Origin: Streptosporangiaceae bacterium
GTDB lineage: Bacteria; Actinomycetota; Actinomycetes; Streptosporangiales; Streptosporangiaceae
Assembly: GCA_030041275.1 (NCBI GenBank)
Contig: JASHOE010000287.1
Coordinates: 12,041 to 76,040 of the forward strand
DNA: 64,000 nucleotides
Reading direction: 5' to 3'
Under the pieces are notes generated by a model. The model searched no databases. It was given only the letters and a program-made list of their open reading frames with translations, and was not told the origin of the DNA. Each line of letters starts with the position of its first letter. Within the stretch, counting starts at the first letter, position 1. Below are positions 51,102-63,107 of this stretch, in pieces. A program made the position numbers and the translations under genes.

Positions 51102-51997
51102 TCAGCCGCCGGAGCGGACCCCCTCGGCCAGCTCGGCGGCGAGCTCGCCGACCCGGGCGAGGCCTTCCGCTGGACTACTGGCGGACAGCAGCCGCTGCAC
51201 AAACGCCGACCCGACGATGACGCCGTCGGCAAACCCCGCCACCTGCGCCGCCTGGGCGCCGTTGCTGACCCCGAGGCCGACCGCCACCGGCAGCTTGGTG
51301 TGCTCGCGTACCCGGCTCACCAGGCCGGCGGCGTGGCTGCTCAGCGTGTTTCTGGCGCCCGTAATCCCCATCAGCGACGCCGCGTACACGAACCCGCTAC
51401 AGACTGAGGTGATGAGCTCGATCCGCGCGTCCGATGAGCTGGGTGCGACCAGGAACACGGGGTCGAGCTGGTGCTCCGCCGCGGCAGCTAGCCACGGGCC
51501 TGCTTCTTCCGGCGTCAGGTCGGGCGTGATCAAGCCACTGCCGCCGACTCGCGCCAGATCGGCCGCGAACCGCGCCACTCCGTGCTGGTCGACCGGGTTC
51601 CAGTAGGTCATGACCAGCGTCGGTACGCCGGCCGTGGCGAGGGCCGCCACGGTCCGCAGTACGTCGGCGACGGTGGTGCCGCCGACCAGTGCCCGGTGCA
51701 CCGCCTCCTGGATGACCGGCCCGTCGATCAGCGGGTCCGAGTACGGCAGGCCGATCTCGATCACGTCCGCTCCGGCCGCGGCCATCGCGAGCGCCGCCTC
51801 GATTCCGCCGTCCACGGACGGGAAACCGGCCGGGATGTAGCCGACCAGCGCGGCCCGCTGCTGCGTCGCGGCTCGATCAAATGCTGCGCTGACCCGGGAG
51901 ACCGCGGCATGCCCGCCGACTGTGCTCTCCGCTGGGAACCCCTGAGCCCGTGGCCATTTGCCCGACGGGCCGGCCCTCCGCGGCCCAGCAGCGGCGC

Positions 51998-52001
<4 letters not shown>
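51102..52001 (-). CDS. trpA: Tryptophan synthase alpha chain
   Basis: [46 protein letters not shown]. The GTG start overlaps the trpB stop (GTGA). Confidence 0.95.
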
Positions 52002-53250
<1,249 letters not shown>

Positions 53251-53254
<4 letters not shown>

Positions 53255-54087
53255 GTCGGTCCACCCGGTCCCTGCTTGCGGCTCCGACCCGAGCGCAGGG
53301 CAGGATGCAGGCCAGCGGTCACCAGGTCGGCGACGGCGCTCTTGGGATCCTTTCCAGTGACCAGGCTCTCGCCGACCAGGACGGCGTCGGCGCCTGACGC
53401 GGCGTAGGCCAGCAGGTCGTGTGGACCGCGGACGCCGGATTCCGCGATCTTGACGACGCCCTCCGGCACGTGCGGCGCCAGCCGGGCGAACACCGTCCGG
53501 TCAACCTCCAGCGTCGCCAGATTCCTGGCGTTGATGCCGAGCACGCTCGCCCCGGCATCGATCGCCCGGTCCAGTTCCTCCTGCGTGTGCACCTCGACGA
53601 GCGGCACGAGACCGATCGAGCCGGCCCGCTCCACCAGCGACACCAGCGCGTTCTGCTCGAGCGCGGCGACGATCAGCAGCACGAGGTCGGCGCCGTAGGC
53701 CCTGGCCTCCCAGAGCTGGTAGGAGCTCACGATGAAGTCCTTGCGCAGCACTGGGACGGCCACGACCTCCCGGACAGCGGCGAGGTCTGCCACGCTGCCG
53801 CCGAACATGCGCTGCTCGGTCAGCACGCTGATGATGGCAGCACCGCCCGCCTCGTAGTCGACCGCCAGCGACGCCGGATCGGCGATCGCCGCCAGCGCGC
53901 CTTTGGATGGGCTCGCGCGCTTGACCTCGGCGATGACAGACACCTGGGACCCGGCGAAGGCCGCCATGACGTCCTTGGGCGACGGTGCCCGGCTGGCCAT
54001 CTCCTTGACCTGCTCCAGCGGGGTTTCCTGCTGGCGGGTGACGAGGTCGGCACGCACTCCGTCGAGGATGTCGTCAAGCACGCTCAC
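53251..54087 (-). CDS. trpC: Indole-3-glycerol phosphate synthase
   Basis: [47 protein letters not shown]-coupled to trpB. Confidence 0.95.
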
Positions 54088-54214
54088 GCGAATCTGCCGT
54101 CCCCTCGGGTGGGATGCCTTGCCTGAAATCGTAGCGACGTCGCCGCGCGGCGGCTGGCCGCCCCCTCGGCTGCCATGGCCGACGCCGACCGGGACGAGCC
54201 CCCTGCTGGCCGCC

Positions 54215-54709
54215 TCACGGGCCGGCCACGCTGCCGCTGAGCTCGGCCGCCTCGTCGGCGAGTCCCAGCTCGTCTCCGGCGGGCTCGGACTCGCCGTGCG
54301 CCGCGGCGAACGCTCTGGATACGGCGGGGTGCAGCAGCGTGCCCAGGGTCATGATGGCCAGCAGCGTGCCGCCCAGATAGCCGGCGTACGCGAACCGGAA
54401 CAGTCCCACCGCCACCAGGACGGACTCCACCGTGATCGCCGTGAGCCAGGTCGCGTGCCCGCCCGACCGCACGATCGCGGCCAGCGCGAATAGGGCGAGC
54501 GTGAGGACGATGGTCAGCAGGAGCCACGGGGTGTTGCGTCGGCTGTAACTGAATCCGATGGCGCCACACGCGACAGCCTGTGCCAGCAGCAGCCTGCTCA
54601 CGAGGCTGACGTGCGGTTTCGGCCGGAGCAGCGGACCGGAGGCAAGGTGGTTACTGCGGCCGACTGGCGGCTGCCGCCACGGCGGAGCCGCCGACCTGTG
54701 TAGTGCCAT
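54215..54709 (-). CDS. Small hypothetical membrane protein (about 4 helices)
   Basis: Hydrophobic segments [52 protein letters not shown] and [11 protein letters not shown]. Start uncertain: ATG 54709 chosen, ORF opens at 54859. Confidence 0.5.
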   Translation of the reverse strand: MALHRSAAPPWRQPPVGRSNHLASGPLLRPKPHVSLVSRLLLAQAVACGAIGFSYSRRNTPWLLLTIVLTLALFALAAIVRSGGHATWLTAITVESVLVAVGLFRFAYAGYLGGTLLAIMTLGTLLHPAVSRAFAAAHGESEPAGDELGLADEAAELSGSVAGP

Positions 54710-54929
54710 GCCATCCCCTGTCCGTCGGCTCACCGAACGGCACGGCGATCGCCAGGCGGCCGCCATCGCGTCCCGACCGTGCCCTGCGATATTACTGAGT
54801 TCTTGCGCAGCGCGCCGTTCGGGCGGTCTAGGTAAGGATGACCGGACCGCCGGATTCATGCCTGCAGCGACAATCGCCGGTCAGGCCCCTGGGTCAGCGC
54901 CGCGAGTCCTTCCGGCTCCGAGCACACGG

Positions 54930-55715
54930 TTACGCAGGGTCTTCGACCTGGGCCGACACCACGGGGGGTTTCGGTGGGTCGTCCCCCCGAGCAACCGCCG
55001 TAGGGTCGTCGCCACGGCTGAGCGCCTCCCACATCGAGGCCGAGTCACTCGGACGCCCTGGCGGCCTACCCCCCCGATCCGCGGCACCGCGCCGCGCGTC
55101 TCCCGCCGGGGCGTCGTACCGGCTCGACATGACGGCCATCCGGCGAGCGCGCCAGGCTACCTGGACTCCAGCGCCGACGATCGCGATGGCGCCGACGAGG
55201 ATGATCGCCTGCCAGCCGGCCGCGGAGAACGTGACATGGGGTACGGCCCCCGCGACGTTCGGCACCGCCGGGGCGGTGGCGTTGCTGCCGTCTGTCACCG
55301 AGCCAGCGCTGGCGGCCGCCGGGCCGAGGTTGGCGTTTGCCGCCGAGATCGCGCCCGCCGCGCTCACTGTGAACGCAGTCGCTGCCAGCGCAACGCCGAG
55401 CGCTGCGAGCGCCGCGCCGGTGATCCGCCGCAGCAGCCCGCGGCTCGCCAGCACGGCCGCGAGGCTCCCCAGCGCCGCGAGCACGAGGGCATCGGCGTAA
55501 GGCACGAGCTGAGCACCCGTCACCGTGACGTCACTGGCTGGCAGCGGTCGGGGCGGCGTCGTTCTGACGTGGGCCCAGCCTTGTCTGGTGGCGAGGAAAA
55601 CGAGCCCCGCGCCGACGGCACCGACCAGCACCGTCACGGTGAGCTCGCGAGCCGCGTTAGCGGCCCGCGGGCTGTGCGGCGTGGCTGTCGGCCGCTGCCT
55701 CGCGCCGCTCGTCAT
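54930..55715 (-). CDS. Trp-region-associated membrane protein (Rv1610/TIGR02234-like)
   Basis: Position upstream of trpC as in other actinobacteria. TM helices separated by an Ala/Gly-rich exposed segment, with a charged C-terminal tail. Start ATG 55715 preferred over 55760. Confidence 0.65.
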   Translation of the reverse strand: MTSGARQRPTATPHSPRAANAARELTVTVLVGAVGAGLVFLATRQGWAHVRTTPPRPLPASDVTVTGAQLVPYADALVLAALGSLAAVLASRGLLRRITGAALAALGVALAATAFTVSAAGAISAANANLGPAAASAGSVTDGSNATAPAVPNVAGAVPHVTFSAAGWQAIILVGAIAIVGAGVQVAWRARRMAVMSSRYDAPAGDARRGAADRGGRPPGRPSDSASMWEALSRGDDPTAVARGDDPPKPPVVSAQVEDPA

Positions 55716-55892
55716 GGACCGCCTCCCGGTTGTTTCTGACAGCATGCAGGCTAGCGCCATCCGCGCTGCCGCCCGATCCTGGCTGCGTCCCTCGCTCCCG
55801 GCCGCCGTCCTTTACCATCAGGTTCAGCCCGGTTAGCTAACAGCATCCGCCTCGGTCCGGGATCGCCCCGGCCGGTGCACGGAGGAGTTCCG

Positions 55893-56543
55893 GTGACGCA
55901 CGCCAGGGATGAGCGGACTGCCCTCTGCGACCTGCTGACCGAAATCGGGCCTGATGAGCCGACGCTCTGCGCCGGCTGGCAGACCGGGGACCTCGCGGCG
56001 CACCTGGTGCTGCGCGAGCACCGCCCGGATGCCGGAGCCGGCGTCATGGGCGGGCCGCTGGCCGGCTACACGCGCCACGTGCAGAACCGGCTGCGGGCCC
56101 GGACTCCCTTTCCCCGGCTTGTCGACCTGATCAGGACCGGGCCGCCGCGACTGTCGATGTTTGCCCTGCCGGGCATGGACGAGCGAGCCAACATGGTGGA
56201 GTACTTCGTTCATCATGAGGACGTCCGCCGGGCCCAGCCAGCGTGGCGGCCGCGGGAGACCAGCCCGGAGGTGGCGGATGAGCTGTGGCGCCGATTGCGG
56301 CTGGCCCGGATACTGCTCCGCCGCGCACCGGTCGGCGTCGAGTTGGTGCGCGCCGACGGACGGGCAGGCAGGGACACGACGGCGAGAGTCCGGCTGACCG
56401 CCCGTGCCCGGACGCCGGTCGTGACGGTGGCGGGCACCCCGGCCGAGCTGACCCTCTGGACCATGGGCCGCACCGCTGCGGCTGAGGTACGGATGGACGG
56501 CAGCGACGCGGCCGTCGCCGCGTTGCGCGCCTGGCGCCACTAG
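55893..56543 (+). CDS. DinB/MDMPI-fold protein (mycothiol-dependent maleylpyruvate-isomerase N-terminal-domain family, TIGR03085-like)
   Basis: ERTALCDLLTEIGPDEPTLCAGWQTGDLAAHLVLRE...EYFVHHEDVRRA. GTG 55893 sits 5 nt after GGAGGAG (55881-55887). The ORF opens at 55875. Confidence 0.7.
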   Translation: MTHARDERTALCDLLTEIGPDEPTLCAGWQTGDLAAHLVLREHRPDAGAGVMGGPLAGYTRHVQNRLRARTPFPRLVDLIRTGPPRLSMFALPGMDERANMVEYFVHHEDVRRAQPAWRPRETSPEVADELWRRLRLARILLRRAPVGVELVRADGRAGRDTTARVRLTARARTPVVTVAGTPAELTLWTMGRTAAAEVRMDGSDAAVAALRAWRH

Positions 56544-56578
56544 CCAGCACCGCGCGCCTGGCGCCGCTAGCCAGCACC
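56525..56578. repeat. 27-bp tandem duplication (GCGCGCCTGGCGCC[A/G]CTAGCCAGCACC x2) spanning the stop codon of the preceding gene
   Basis: Read directly: 56525-56551 and 56552-56578 differ at one base, and a partial third GCGCG follows. Confidence 0.85.
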
Positions 56579-56820
56579 GCGCGAGCGGGAACCCGAAGCC
56601 GACGCTGGTGGCCTGCACCGCATTGGCAGCACTCGCCGCTCCCGCGCTATTAGAACCATTCGCCGGTCCCGCGCGCATTGGACCATAGCCAGCCCAGTCC
56701 TTTCGGCCATAGTTCACGGTTCAGACGCCAGCGCGTCGGCTCGAAGGCGCGAACCTTTAACTCTTCTCCGACACGATCCAGGCGTCCTAACCCCCGCGAT
56801 CCGACAGGTCGGAGAGGTAC

Positions 56821-57963
56821 GTGCGCAACAGCAAGACACTTGCCGCCATGGTGGCGGCGGCCAGCACCGCGGTGTTCGCAGCCGCGTGCGGCGGTAGCTC
56901 CCCAAGCAGCACCAGCAGCTCGGTCAACTGGGCGACGGTCACCCACCTCACCGCGAGTGGTCCCACCGATATGGCGAACCTCGTCAAGGCGGCCGAGAAA
57001 GAAGGGCAGCTGAACGTCATCACGCTGCCGTCCAACTGGGCCAACTACGGCACGATCATGAAGGACTTCACCGCCAAGTACCACATCCACATCAGCGACG
57101 CGATCCCCGAGGGCTCGAGCGGCCAGGAGATCCAGGCGGTCCAGACCGAGAAAGGCCAGAAGCGCGCGCCCGACGTGGTCGACGTGGGCACGGCCTTCGC
57201 GGTCGAGGGCGCCAACGACGGCTTGTGGGCCCCTTACAAGGTCCTCACGTGGTCTGACATCCCCGGCAATGCCAAGGACGCCAACGGCGACTACTACGCC
57301 GACTACGGCGGCTACGTCGCCATCGGCTACAACCCGGCCGTGGTGAAGGTGCCGCCGACCTCATTCGCGAGCCTGACCAATCCGGCGTACAAGCACATGA
57401 TCGGCCTTAACAACAGCCCGACCACGGCGGGTGCAGCATTCGCTGCCGTCTACGCCGCGGCGCTGGCCAACGGCGGGTCGTTCAGCAATATCGAGCCGGG
57501 CATCCAGTACTTCGCGAACCTCAACAAGATTGGCAACTTCGTGCCGACGGCGGTCGGCGGCCCGACCACCGTGCAGAACGGCACCACGCCGATCCTCATC
57601 TGGTGGGACTACCTGCTGGCCTCCGAGGTGTCGCCGGTCGTCAAGGGCTTCAAGATCGTGATCCCATCGGACTCCTCCTACGCCGCGTACTACGACCAGG
57701 CCATCAGCGGAACCGCGCCCGACCCGGCCGCTGCTCGGCTTTGGGAGGAGTATCTGTACTCCACCACCGGCCAGAACCTGTGGCTGCAGGGCTTCGCGCG
57801 GCCGATCGAGCTGCCGACGCTGATCGCGAACGGCACCGTCGACAAGAAGGCGGAGAACGCCTTGCCGCCGGCCCCGTCCGGCGCGCTGACGTTCCCGAGC
57901 GACGCCCAGCAGGCATCGGCCGAGAACGTCGTGTCGCAAAACTGGGCCAAGCAAGTCGGGTAG
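56821..57963 (+). CDS. ABC transporter substrate-binding lipoprotein (PotD/Fbp-like family)
   Basis: Signal peptide plus lipobox AVFAAAC-GGSS, then a periplasmic-binding-protein-like body. GTG start after GGAGAGG. Confidence 0.85.
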   Translation: MRNSKTLAAMVAAASTAVFAAACGGSSPSSTSSSVNWATVTHLTASGPTDMANLVKAAEKEGQLNVITLPSNWANYGTIMKDFTAKYHIHISDAIPEGSSGQEIQAVQTEKGQKRAPDVVDVGTAFAVEGANDGLWAPYKVLTWSDIPGNAKDANGDYYADYGGYVAIGYNPAVVKVPPTSFASLTNPAYKHMIGLNNSPTTAGAAFAAVYAAALANGGSFSNIEPGIQYFANLNKIGNFVPTAVGGPTTVQNGTTPILIWWDYLLASEVSPVVKGFKIVIPSDSSYAAYYDQAISGTAPDPAAARLWEEYLYSTTGQNLWLQGFARPIELPTLIANGTVDKKAENALPPAPSGALTFPSDAQQASAENVVSQNWAKQVG

Positions 57964-57966
57964 CCC

Positions 57967-58917
57967 ATGGCTGACAGCCTGACCACCGCCGTGGCCCCGG
58001 AGGCGGCAGCCTCCGGGGCCCGGCCCGATCGTGTGACCGCACTGCTCCGCGCCGTCCTCAGGTATGCCGGGGTGGTGCCGTTCACCGCGTACGTCGCGGC
58101 TGGGCTGCTCGCGCCCATGGTCGCCATCGCGATCTACTCCTTCGAGCCCTCGCGCGGTGGCTTCGTCGCCTCGAAAGCGAGCGCGCCAACCCTCAGCAAC
58201 CTCGACACGGCGGTGCACGGTACGTACCTGACCGGGCTTACCAACGTGCTGCTGCTCGCGCTCGTCACGGCAGTCGCTGCGGGCGTGTTCGGGTTCCTGA
58301 TCGCGTACGCGATTCACACCGCCCGACGGGGCATCGTGCTCCGCAGGGTGGTCATCACGGCGGCCGGCGTGTTCGCCAACTTTGGCGGCGTCCCGCTGGC
58401 GTTCCTGTTCATCGCCGCGCTCAGCACGACAGGCGTCGTCACCGGCTGGATCACCGACGTGTTCAACTTCAACATCTGGGACCACGGCTTCTCGCTGTAC
58501 AAGACGTACGGCGTGGCGCTCGTCTACATGTACTTCCAGATCCCGCTCATGGCGCTGGTCATCCTCCCGGCGCTTGAGGGGCTGCGACCGGCCTGGCGCG
58601 AGGCGGCGGAGAACCTTGGCGCGGGCAGCTGGCGCTACTGGCGACACGTGGGCGGGCCGGTGCTGCTGCCGTCCTTCCTCGGCTGCCTGCTGCTGTTGTT
58701 CGGCGGCGGGCTGTCCGCGTACGCCACCGCCGAGGCGCTGACCGGGGGCACGATCGCGCTGACGCCGATCCAGATCGGCTCGCTGCTGAACGGCAACGTG
58801 CTGGCCGGGCAGGAGAATCTGGGTTATGCGCTCGGGCTCATCCTGGTCGTCATCATCGCCATCGTGATGATCGGATATACCCTGCTGCAGCGGAGGGCCG
58901 CACGATGGCTGCGGTAG
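57967..58917 (+). CDS. ABC transporter permease (PotB-like, binding-protein-dependent family)
   Basis: 6 predicted TM helices. The EAA-type loop region ALEGLRPAWREAAENLGAGSWRYWRHV is characteristic of importer permeases. Confidence 0.85.
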   Translation: MADSLTTAVAPEAAASGARPDRVTALLRAVLRYAGVVPFTAYVAAGLLAPMVAIAIYSFEPSRGGFVASKASAPTLSNLDTAVHGTYLTGLTNVLLLALVTAVAAGVFGFLIAYAIHTARRGIVLRRVVITAAGVFANFGGVPLAFLFIAALSTTGVVTGWITDVFNFNIWDHGFSLYKTYGVALVYMYFQIPLMALVILPALEGLRPAWREAAENLGAGSWRYWRHVGGPVLLPSFLGCLLLLFGGGLSAYATAEALTGGTIALTPIQIGSLLNGNVLAGQENLGYALGLILVVIIAIVMIGYTLLQRRAARWLR

Positions 58918-59771
58918 CGACGGCGCTGGCCGAGGCCAGCGAGCCCGCTCCGGACCAGCCGGCCGCAGCCCGGCGCAGGTTCCCGGTCTGGCGCTGGGCG
59001 ATCTTGCTGATCGCGGCCGCGTACTTCCTCATTCCGCTCTACTCGGCCCTGAAGTTCGCCGGCTTCAAGGCCTTCACACAGGTAACGAGCTACCCAAGCT
59101 TCGGCTCGGCGTTCCTGCTTTCGCTGCGCCTCGCACTCATCGCGACCGTGCTCACCCTCGTGCTCATGGTTCCGACGACCGTCTACGTGTACCTGCGGCT
59201 GCCCAGGATCCGGCGGATCATGGAGGCCATCACCATCCTGCCCATCGTGATCCCGCCGATCGTCCTCATCATCGGTGTGCTCAAGCTGGCACCCGGCTTT
59301 CTGCTGGCCACACCGAACCTGCTCGGCCTGGAGTACGTCGTGCTGTCGATGCCGTTCGCCTACCGGTCGCTCGACGCCGGCCTACGCTCGTTCGACGTGC
59401 GAACCCTCGTCGAGGCGTCGAATTCGCTCGGCGCCGGCTGGCCCACCACGCTGTGGCGGGTGGTGATCCCGAACCTGCGGACCGCGATGCTGTCGGCCAC
59501 GGTGCTGACCGTCGCGCTGGTGCTCGGCGAGTACACGATGGCCAGCCTGGATAACTTCCAGACGTTCCCGGTGTGGATCGTTAACTTCGAGCAGAACAGC
59601 GGGCCGGTGTCGGTGGCCGCCTCGCTGCTTGCGCTGTTTGTCACCTGGCTGCTGCTGATGCTCATCGTGACCGTGGGCGGCCGCAGTGCCCGCAAGCGGG
59701 GTGGCGCGGAAGTAGCGCTGTTCTCCGTTTCGACCGCAACCGCCGCCATGCCGCTGGGAGAGCCAAAATGA
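58905..59771 (+). CDS. ABC transporter permease (PotC-like)
   Basis: EAA-type loop SLDAGLRSFDVRTLVEASNSLGAGWPTTLWRVVIPNL. Overlaps the previous gene by 13 nt. Confidence 0.85.
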   Translation: MAAVATALAEASEPAPDQPAAARRRFPVWRWAILLIAAAYFLIPLYSALKFAGFKAFTQVTSYPSFGSAFLLSLRLALIATVLTLVLMVPTTVYVYLRLPRIRRIMEAITILPIVIPPIVLIIGVLKLAPGFLLATPNLLGLEYVVLSMPFAYRSLDAGLRSFDVRTLVEASNSLGAGWPTTLWRVVIPNLRTAMLSATVLTVALVLGEYTMASLDNFQTFPVWIVNFEQNSGPVSVAASLLALFVTWLLLMLIVTVGGRSARKRGGAEVALFSVSTATAAMPLGEPK

Positions 59772-60901
59772 CCACGAACACGGCGGCGAGCGCCGCGACC
59801 GGCCTCGGCCGCGCTGTCGGCGCGGGCGCTCCGGTTAGCATCCGGGCGCTCAGCCGCTCCTTCGGCGCGGTGCGCGCTCTCGACGGTCTGACGCTCGACC
59901 TGGCGCCGGGCGAGTTCGTTGCCCTGCTCGGACCTTCCGGCTGCGGAAAGACCACCGCGCTGCGCATCGTCGCGGGCTTCGAAGCCGCTGACTCGGGCAC
60001 CGTGACCGTTGACGGAAAGGACGTGGCGTCGGTCCCAGCCGCCAAGCGGGACATGGGCATGGTGTTCCAGAGCTACAGCCTGTTCCCCAACATGACGGCG
60101 CTGGAGAACGTTGGTTTCGGGCTGCGGATGCGCAAGCTCAACCCAGCCAGCAGGCAGCAGAAGGCCGCGGAGCTGCTCGACATGGTCGGCCTGTCCCCGC
60201 AGGCGCGGCAGTATCCGCACCAGCTGTCGGGCGGCCAGCAGCAGCGAGTCGCGCTGGCCCGCGCACTCGCCATCGAGCCGCGGGTGTTGCTGCTCGACGA
60301 GCCGTTGTCGGCCCTGGACGCCAAGGTCAGGTTGCAGTTGCGGGAGCAGATCAGGACGCTGCAGCAGCGGCTGGGCACGACGACGCTGTTCGTTACCCAC
60401 GATCAGGAGGAAGCGCTGTCCATGGCCGACCGGGTCGGCGTCATGCGGGAGGGCCGGCTGGAGCAGATCGCCGTGCCCAGCGAGCTGTACTCGCGGCCGG
60501 CCACCGTGTTCGTGGCGGAATTCGTCGGCACGATGAACAGGATCCCTGGCGACTACGACGGCCAGGACGAGGTCAGCATCCTCGGTTCCGCCGCCCCGGT
60601 TGCAGGCGAGCGGGCTGCCAGCCTCACCGGTGCCGTGGACGTGCTGGTCCGGCCGGAGGGCCTGCTCGTCGAGGCAACGCCTGGTGGCAACGGCATCGTG
60701 ACCGATCTGACCTTTCTCGGTTCGGTGACTCGGGTCACCGTGCTGCTGTCCGGCGACGTAGCGGTCAAGGTGGACAAGCCGAGCACCGCCGCGGCGAGCC
60801 TGGTGCCGGGCACGTCGGTGCAGGTGCGGGTGGCTGCCGACGAGCCGGTGCTGGTCGCAGAGCGCCGGGGGTCGTCCGCCGGGAGCGGCACCGACACGTG
60901 A
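59768..60901 (+). CDS. ABC transporter ATP-binding protein (PotA/FbpC/UgpC-like with C-terminal TOBE-like domain)
   Basis: [38 protein letters not shown], then a ~120-aa beta-rich C-terminal domain. Confidence 0.9.
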   Translation: MTTNTAASAATGLGRAVGAGAPVSIRALSRSFGAVRALDGLTLDLAPGEFVALLGPSGCGKTTALRIVAGFEAADSGTVTVDGKDVASVPAAKRDMGMVFQSYSLFPNMTALENVGFGLRMRKLNPASRQQKAAELLDMVGLSPQARQYPHQLSGGQQQRVALARALAIEPRVLLLDEPLSALDAKVRLQLREQIRTLQQRLGTTTLFVTHDQEEALSMADRVGVMREGRLEQIAVPSELYSRPATVFVAEFVGTMNRIPGDYDGQDEVSILGSAAPVAGERAASLTGAVDVLVRPEGLLVEATPGGNGIVTDLTFLGSVTRVTVLLSGDVAVKVDKPSTAAASLVPGTSVQVRVAADEPVLVAERRGSSAGSGTDT

Positions 60902-62523
60902 CCACCGCCCACCGGCGGCTCGTCCCTGGCGAGGCGGGCGCTGGCGGTTACCGCCCGCTGAGCACCGAGCCAGGCGAGCGGCACCTGGTGCGCGCTGAGC
61001 TGTCCAGCGGCAGCCTGGCCGACGGCTGGCGGCGATCCGCAACGCCGCTGCTGGCCATCGCGCATCTGTCCGACACCCACGTCATGGACCATCAGTCGCC
61101 AGCCAGGGCGGAGCTCCTCGACCGCTACTCCGACCCGGACTCGGCGGTGCGCGCGACCGTCGGCATCATCGGCTCCTACCGGGCTCAGGAACTGATCACC
61201 TATCAGGTCGCCGAGGCGATGGTGCAGGCCGTTCGCGCCGCCACCAGCGCACCGGTGTCGGGCGCGCCGCTTGACTTCGCGGTGGTTACCGGCGACGCCA
61301 CGGACAACTGCCAGCTCAACGAGCTGCGCGGCTATATCAGGCTCCTCGACGGCGGCGAAGTGGTGCCTGACTCCGGTGACCCGCAGCAATACGAGGGCGT
61401 GTCCGCGCCGAGCGTCCAGGACGAGCGGTACTGGCATCCGGAAGGCGGCCCGCCCGACCTGCCCCGCACGCGATACGGCTTCCCGGCCGCGGCCGGCGTG
61501 CTGACCGCGGCGCGGCGCCCATTCTGGGCTACCGGCCTTGGGCTGCCGTGGTACGCGGTGCACGGCAACCACGACGCCATGCTGCAGGGCACCGTAGCCC
61601 CAGCGGGCTGGCTGCAGCGATTCGGCGTCGGCAGGCTGAAGTTGGTGACGCCGCCTGCAGATATCGATGCCGGCGTGCTGCTCGCGCGGTTCGAGAGCGG
61701 GGACTCCAGCGCGCTGGCCGAGTTCGCTCGCGGCGTGCGGCTGCGGGTGACGCCGGATCCCGGTCGCGCCACGGTGCGCAGGGCCGATCACGTCCGCGAG
61801 CACTTCCGGTCCGTCGGGACGCCCGCCGGGCACGGATACACCGAGCTCAATATCGCGGACGGCACCGCCTACTACGCCTTCGACCACGGCATGATCCGGT
61901 GCGTGGTGCTGGACACCGTGAACCACCACGGCGGCTGGCAGGGCTCGATCGACGAGACCCAGCTGCGCTGGCTCGAGGCAGCGCTGACGACGAGCGCCAC
62001 CAGGCCGGTCGTGCTGTTCAGTCATCACTCGCTGGAGAGCCTGGTCAACGACGCGAGGCCGCCGGGCGGAGGGCGCCGAGTCCTGGCGGACGAATTGCGC
62101 GAGTGTCTGCTCGGATACCCGTGCGTGGTGGCGTGGCTCAACGGCCACACCCACGTGCACTCCGTGACCCCTGTCACCGGCCCGGACGGCACGGGCTTCT
62201 GGCAGATCACGACCGCTTCGCATATCGACTGGCCGCAGCAGGCCCGCCTCGTGGAGTTTCTCGCTACCGACGCAGCTCTGGTGATCGGCTGCACAGTGAT
62301 CGACACGGCCGCGCCGGCGAGCTACCGGGGCGACCGGTCAGCGGGAGAGCGCACGGACCCGGTCGCGCTGGCCGCGCTGGCCCGCGAGCTCGCGGCCAAC
62401 GACTGGCAGGTGCGCGACCTCATCACGGCCGACGGGGGCGCGGGCGCAGGCTTCGCGCTCGACCGCAACGTGCTGCTGCCGGTGGATTGGCCCCGGTCCA
62501 CCGGGCAGCGGCGACTGGCCTAG
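60898..62523 (+). CDS. Calcineurin-like metallophosphoesterase (TIGR03767-like long form)
   Basis: Motifs [30 protein letters not shown] and NGHTHVH are spread by long inserts. The GTG start overlaps the ATPase stop (GTGA). No twin-arginine or Sec signal is evident. Confidence 0.8.
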   Translation: MTTAHRRLVPGEAGAGGYRPLSTEPGERHLVRAELSSGSLADGWRRSATPLLAIAHLSDTHVMDHQSPARAELLDRYSDPDSAVRATVGIIGSYRAQELITYQVAEAMVQAVRAATSAPVSGAPLDFAVVTGDATDNCQLNELRGYIRLLDGGEVVPDSGDPQQYEGVSAPSVQDERYWHPEGGPPDLPRTRYGFPAAAGVLTAARRPFWATGLGLPWYAVHGNHDAMLQGTVAPAGWLQRFGVGRLKLVTPPADIDAGVLLARFESGDSSALAEFARGVRLRVTPDPGRATVRRADHVREHFRSVGTPAGHGYTELNIADGTAYYAFDHGMIRCVVLDTVNHHGGWQGSIDETQLRWLEAALTTSATRPVVLFSHHSLESLVNDARPPGGGRRVLADELRECLLGYPCVVAWLNGHTHVHSVTPVTGPDGTGFWQITTASHIDWPQQARLVEFLATDAALVIGCTVIDTAAPASYRGDRSAGERTDPVALAALARELAANDWQVRDLITADGGAGAGFALDRNVLLPVDWPRSTGQRRLA

Positions 62524-62558
62524 GCGCGGTCGGCTCCGTTCCGTTGCGTTGCGATGTT

Positions 62559-63083
62559 TTAGTCCGTGGTGTCGCTGACCAGCTGATGCAGGATGCAGTC
62601 CTGCCAGCGCCCAGCGATCTTGAGGTACCTGGGCGCCATTCCGATCCGGACGAACCCGTTGCGGGCGAGGACCCGCTGTGACGGCACGTTGTGAACCAGC
62701 GTGTCCGCCTGGATCCGATGCAGCCCGAGTTCGGCGAACGCCAGCCTGATGATGTCGCGTACCGCCGCGGTCGCGAGCCCCCGGCCGCCGGACGTGCTGG
62801 CCAGCCAGTAACCCAGACTGGCGGACTGGGCCGCGCCGCGGACGATGTTGTTGAGATTGACGCGGCCGACGACCGAGCCCGCCTCATCGACGATGGCGCA
62901 CGGCAAGCTGCGCCCGTGCGCGTGCTCGGCCAGCGCCGCGTCGACGGCTACGCGCTGGCCTGCGTCGGTGAAGTGCGCCTCCGCCCGGACGGGCTCCCAC
63001 GGCGCGAGAAAGTCGCGGTTAGCGTGGAGGAGCCGAGCCAGCACGGGCGCGTCGTCGGGCCTAATCAGGCGGCAAGCAGGCAT
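62559..63083 (-). CDS. GNAT N-acetyltransferase (RimJ/RimL-like)
   Basis: 174 aa. LGYWLASTSGGRGLATAAVRDIIRLAF...LHRIQADTLVHNVPSQRVLARNGF is typical of the RimJ/RimL subgroup. Confidence 0.85.
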   Translation of the reverse strand: MPACRLIRPDDAPVLARLLHANRDFLAPWEPVRAEAHFTDAGQRVAVDAALAEHAHGRSLPCAIVDEAGSVVGRVNLNNIVRGAAQSASLGYWLASTSGGRGLATAAVRDIIRLAFAELGLHRIQADTLVHNVPSQRVLARNGFVRIGMAPRYLKIAGRWQDCILHQLVSDTTD

Positions 63084-63107
63084 CGGCCCATTGTTCCCCA
63101 GCGTCGG

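Noticed and set aside
54752-54781. HGRDAMAAAW in the upstream part of ORF 54215-54859, reminiscent of the HGxxPAAW family found in actinobacterial trp regions
   Set aside because: The spacing does not fit the motif, it is not followed directly by a TM helix, and it lies in the doubtful N-terminal extension.
56712-56723. GTTCACGGTTCA upstream of the importer as a PhoP (PHO box) site
   Set aside because: The two GTTCA half-sites are 8 nt apart rather than the 11-nt direct-repeat unit spacing described for actinobacterial PHO boxes. Too weak to call.
59360-62223. 560-aa and 556-aa ORFs on the minus strand
   Set aside because: Antisense to the importer ATPase and the metallophosphoesterase, which carry intact catalytic motifs. 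Arg-rich compositions.
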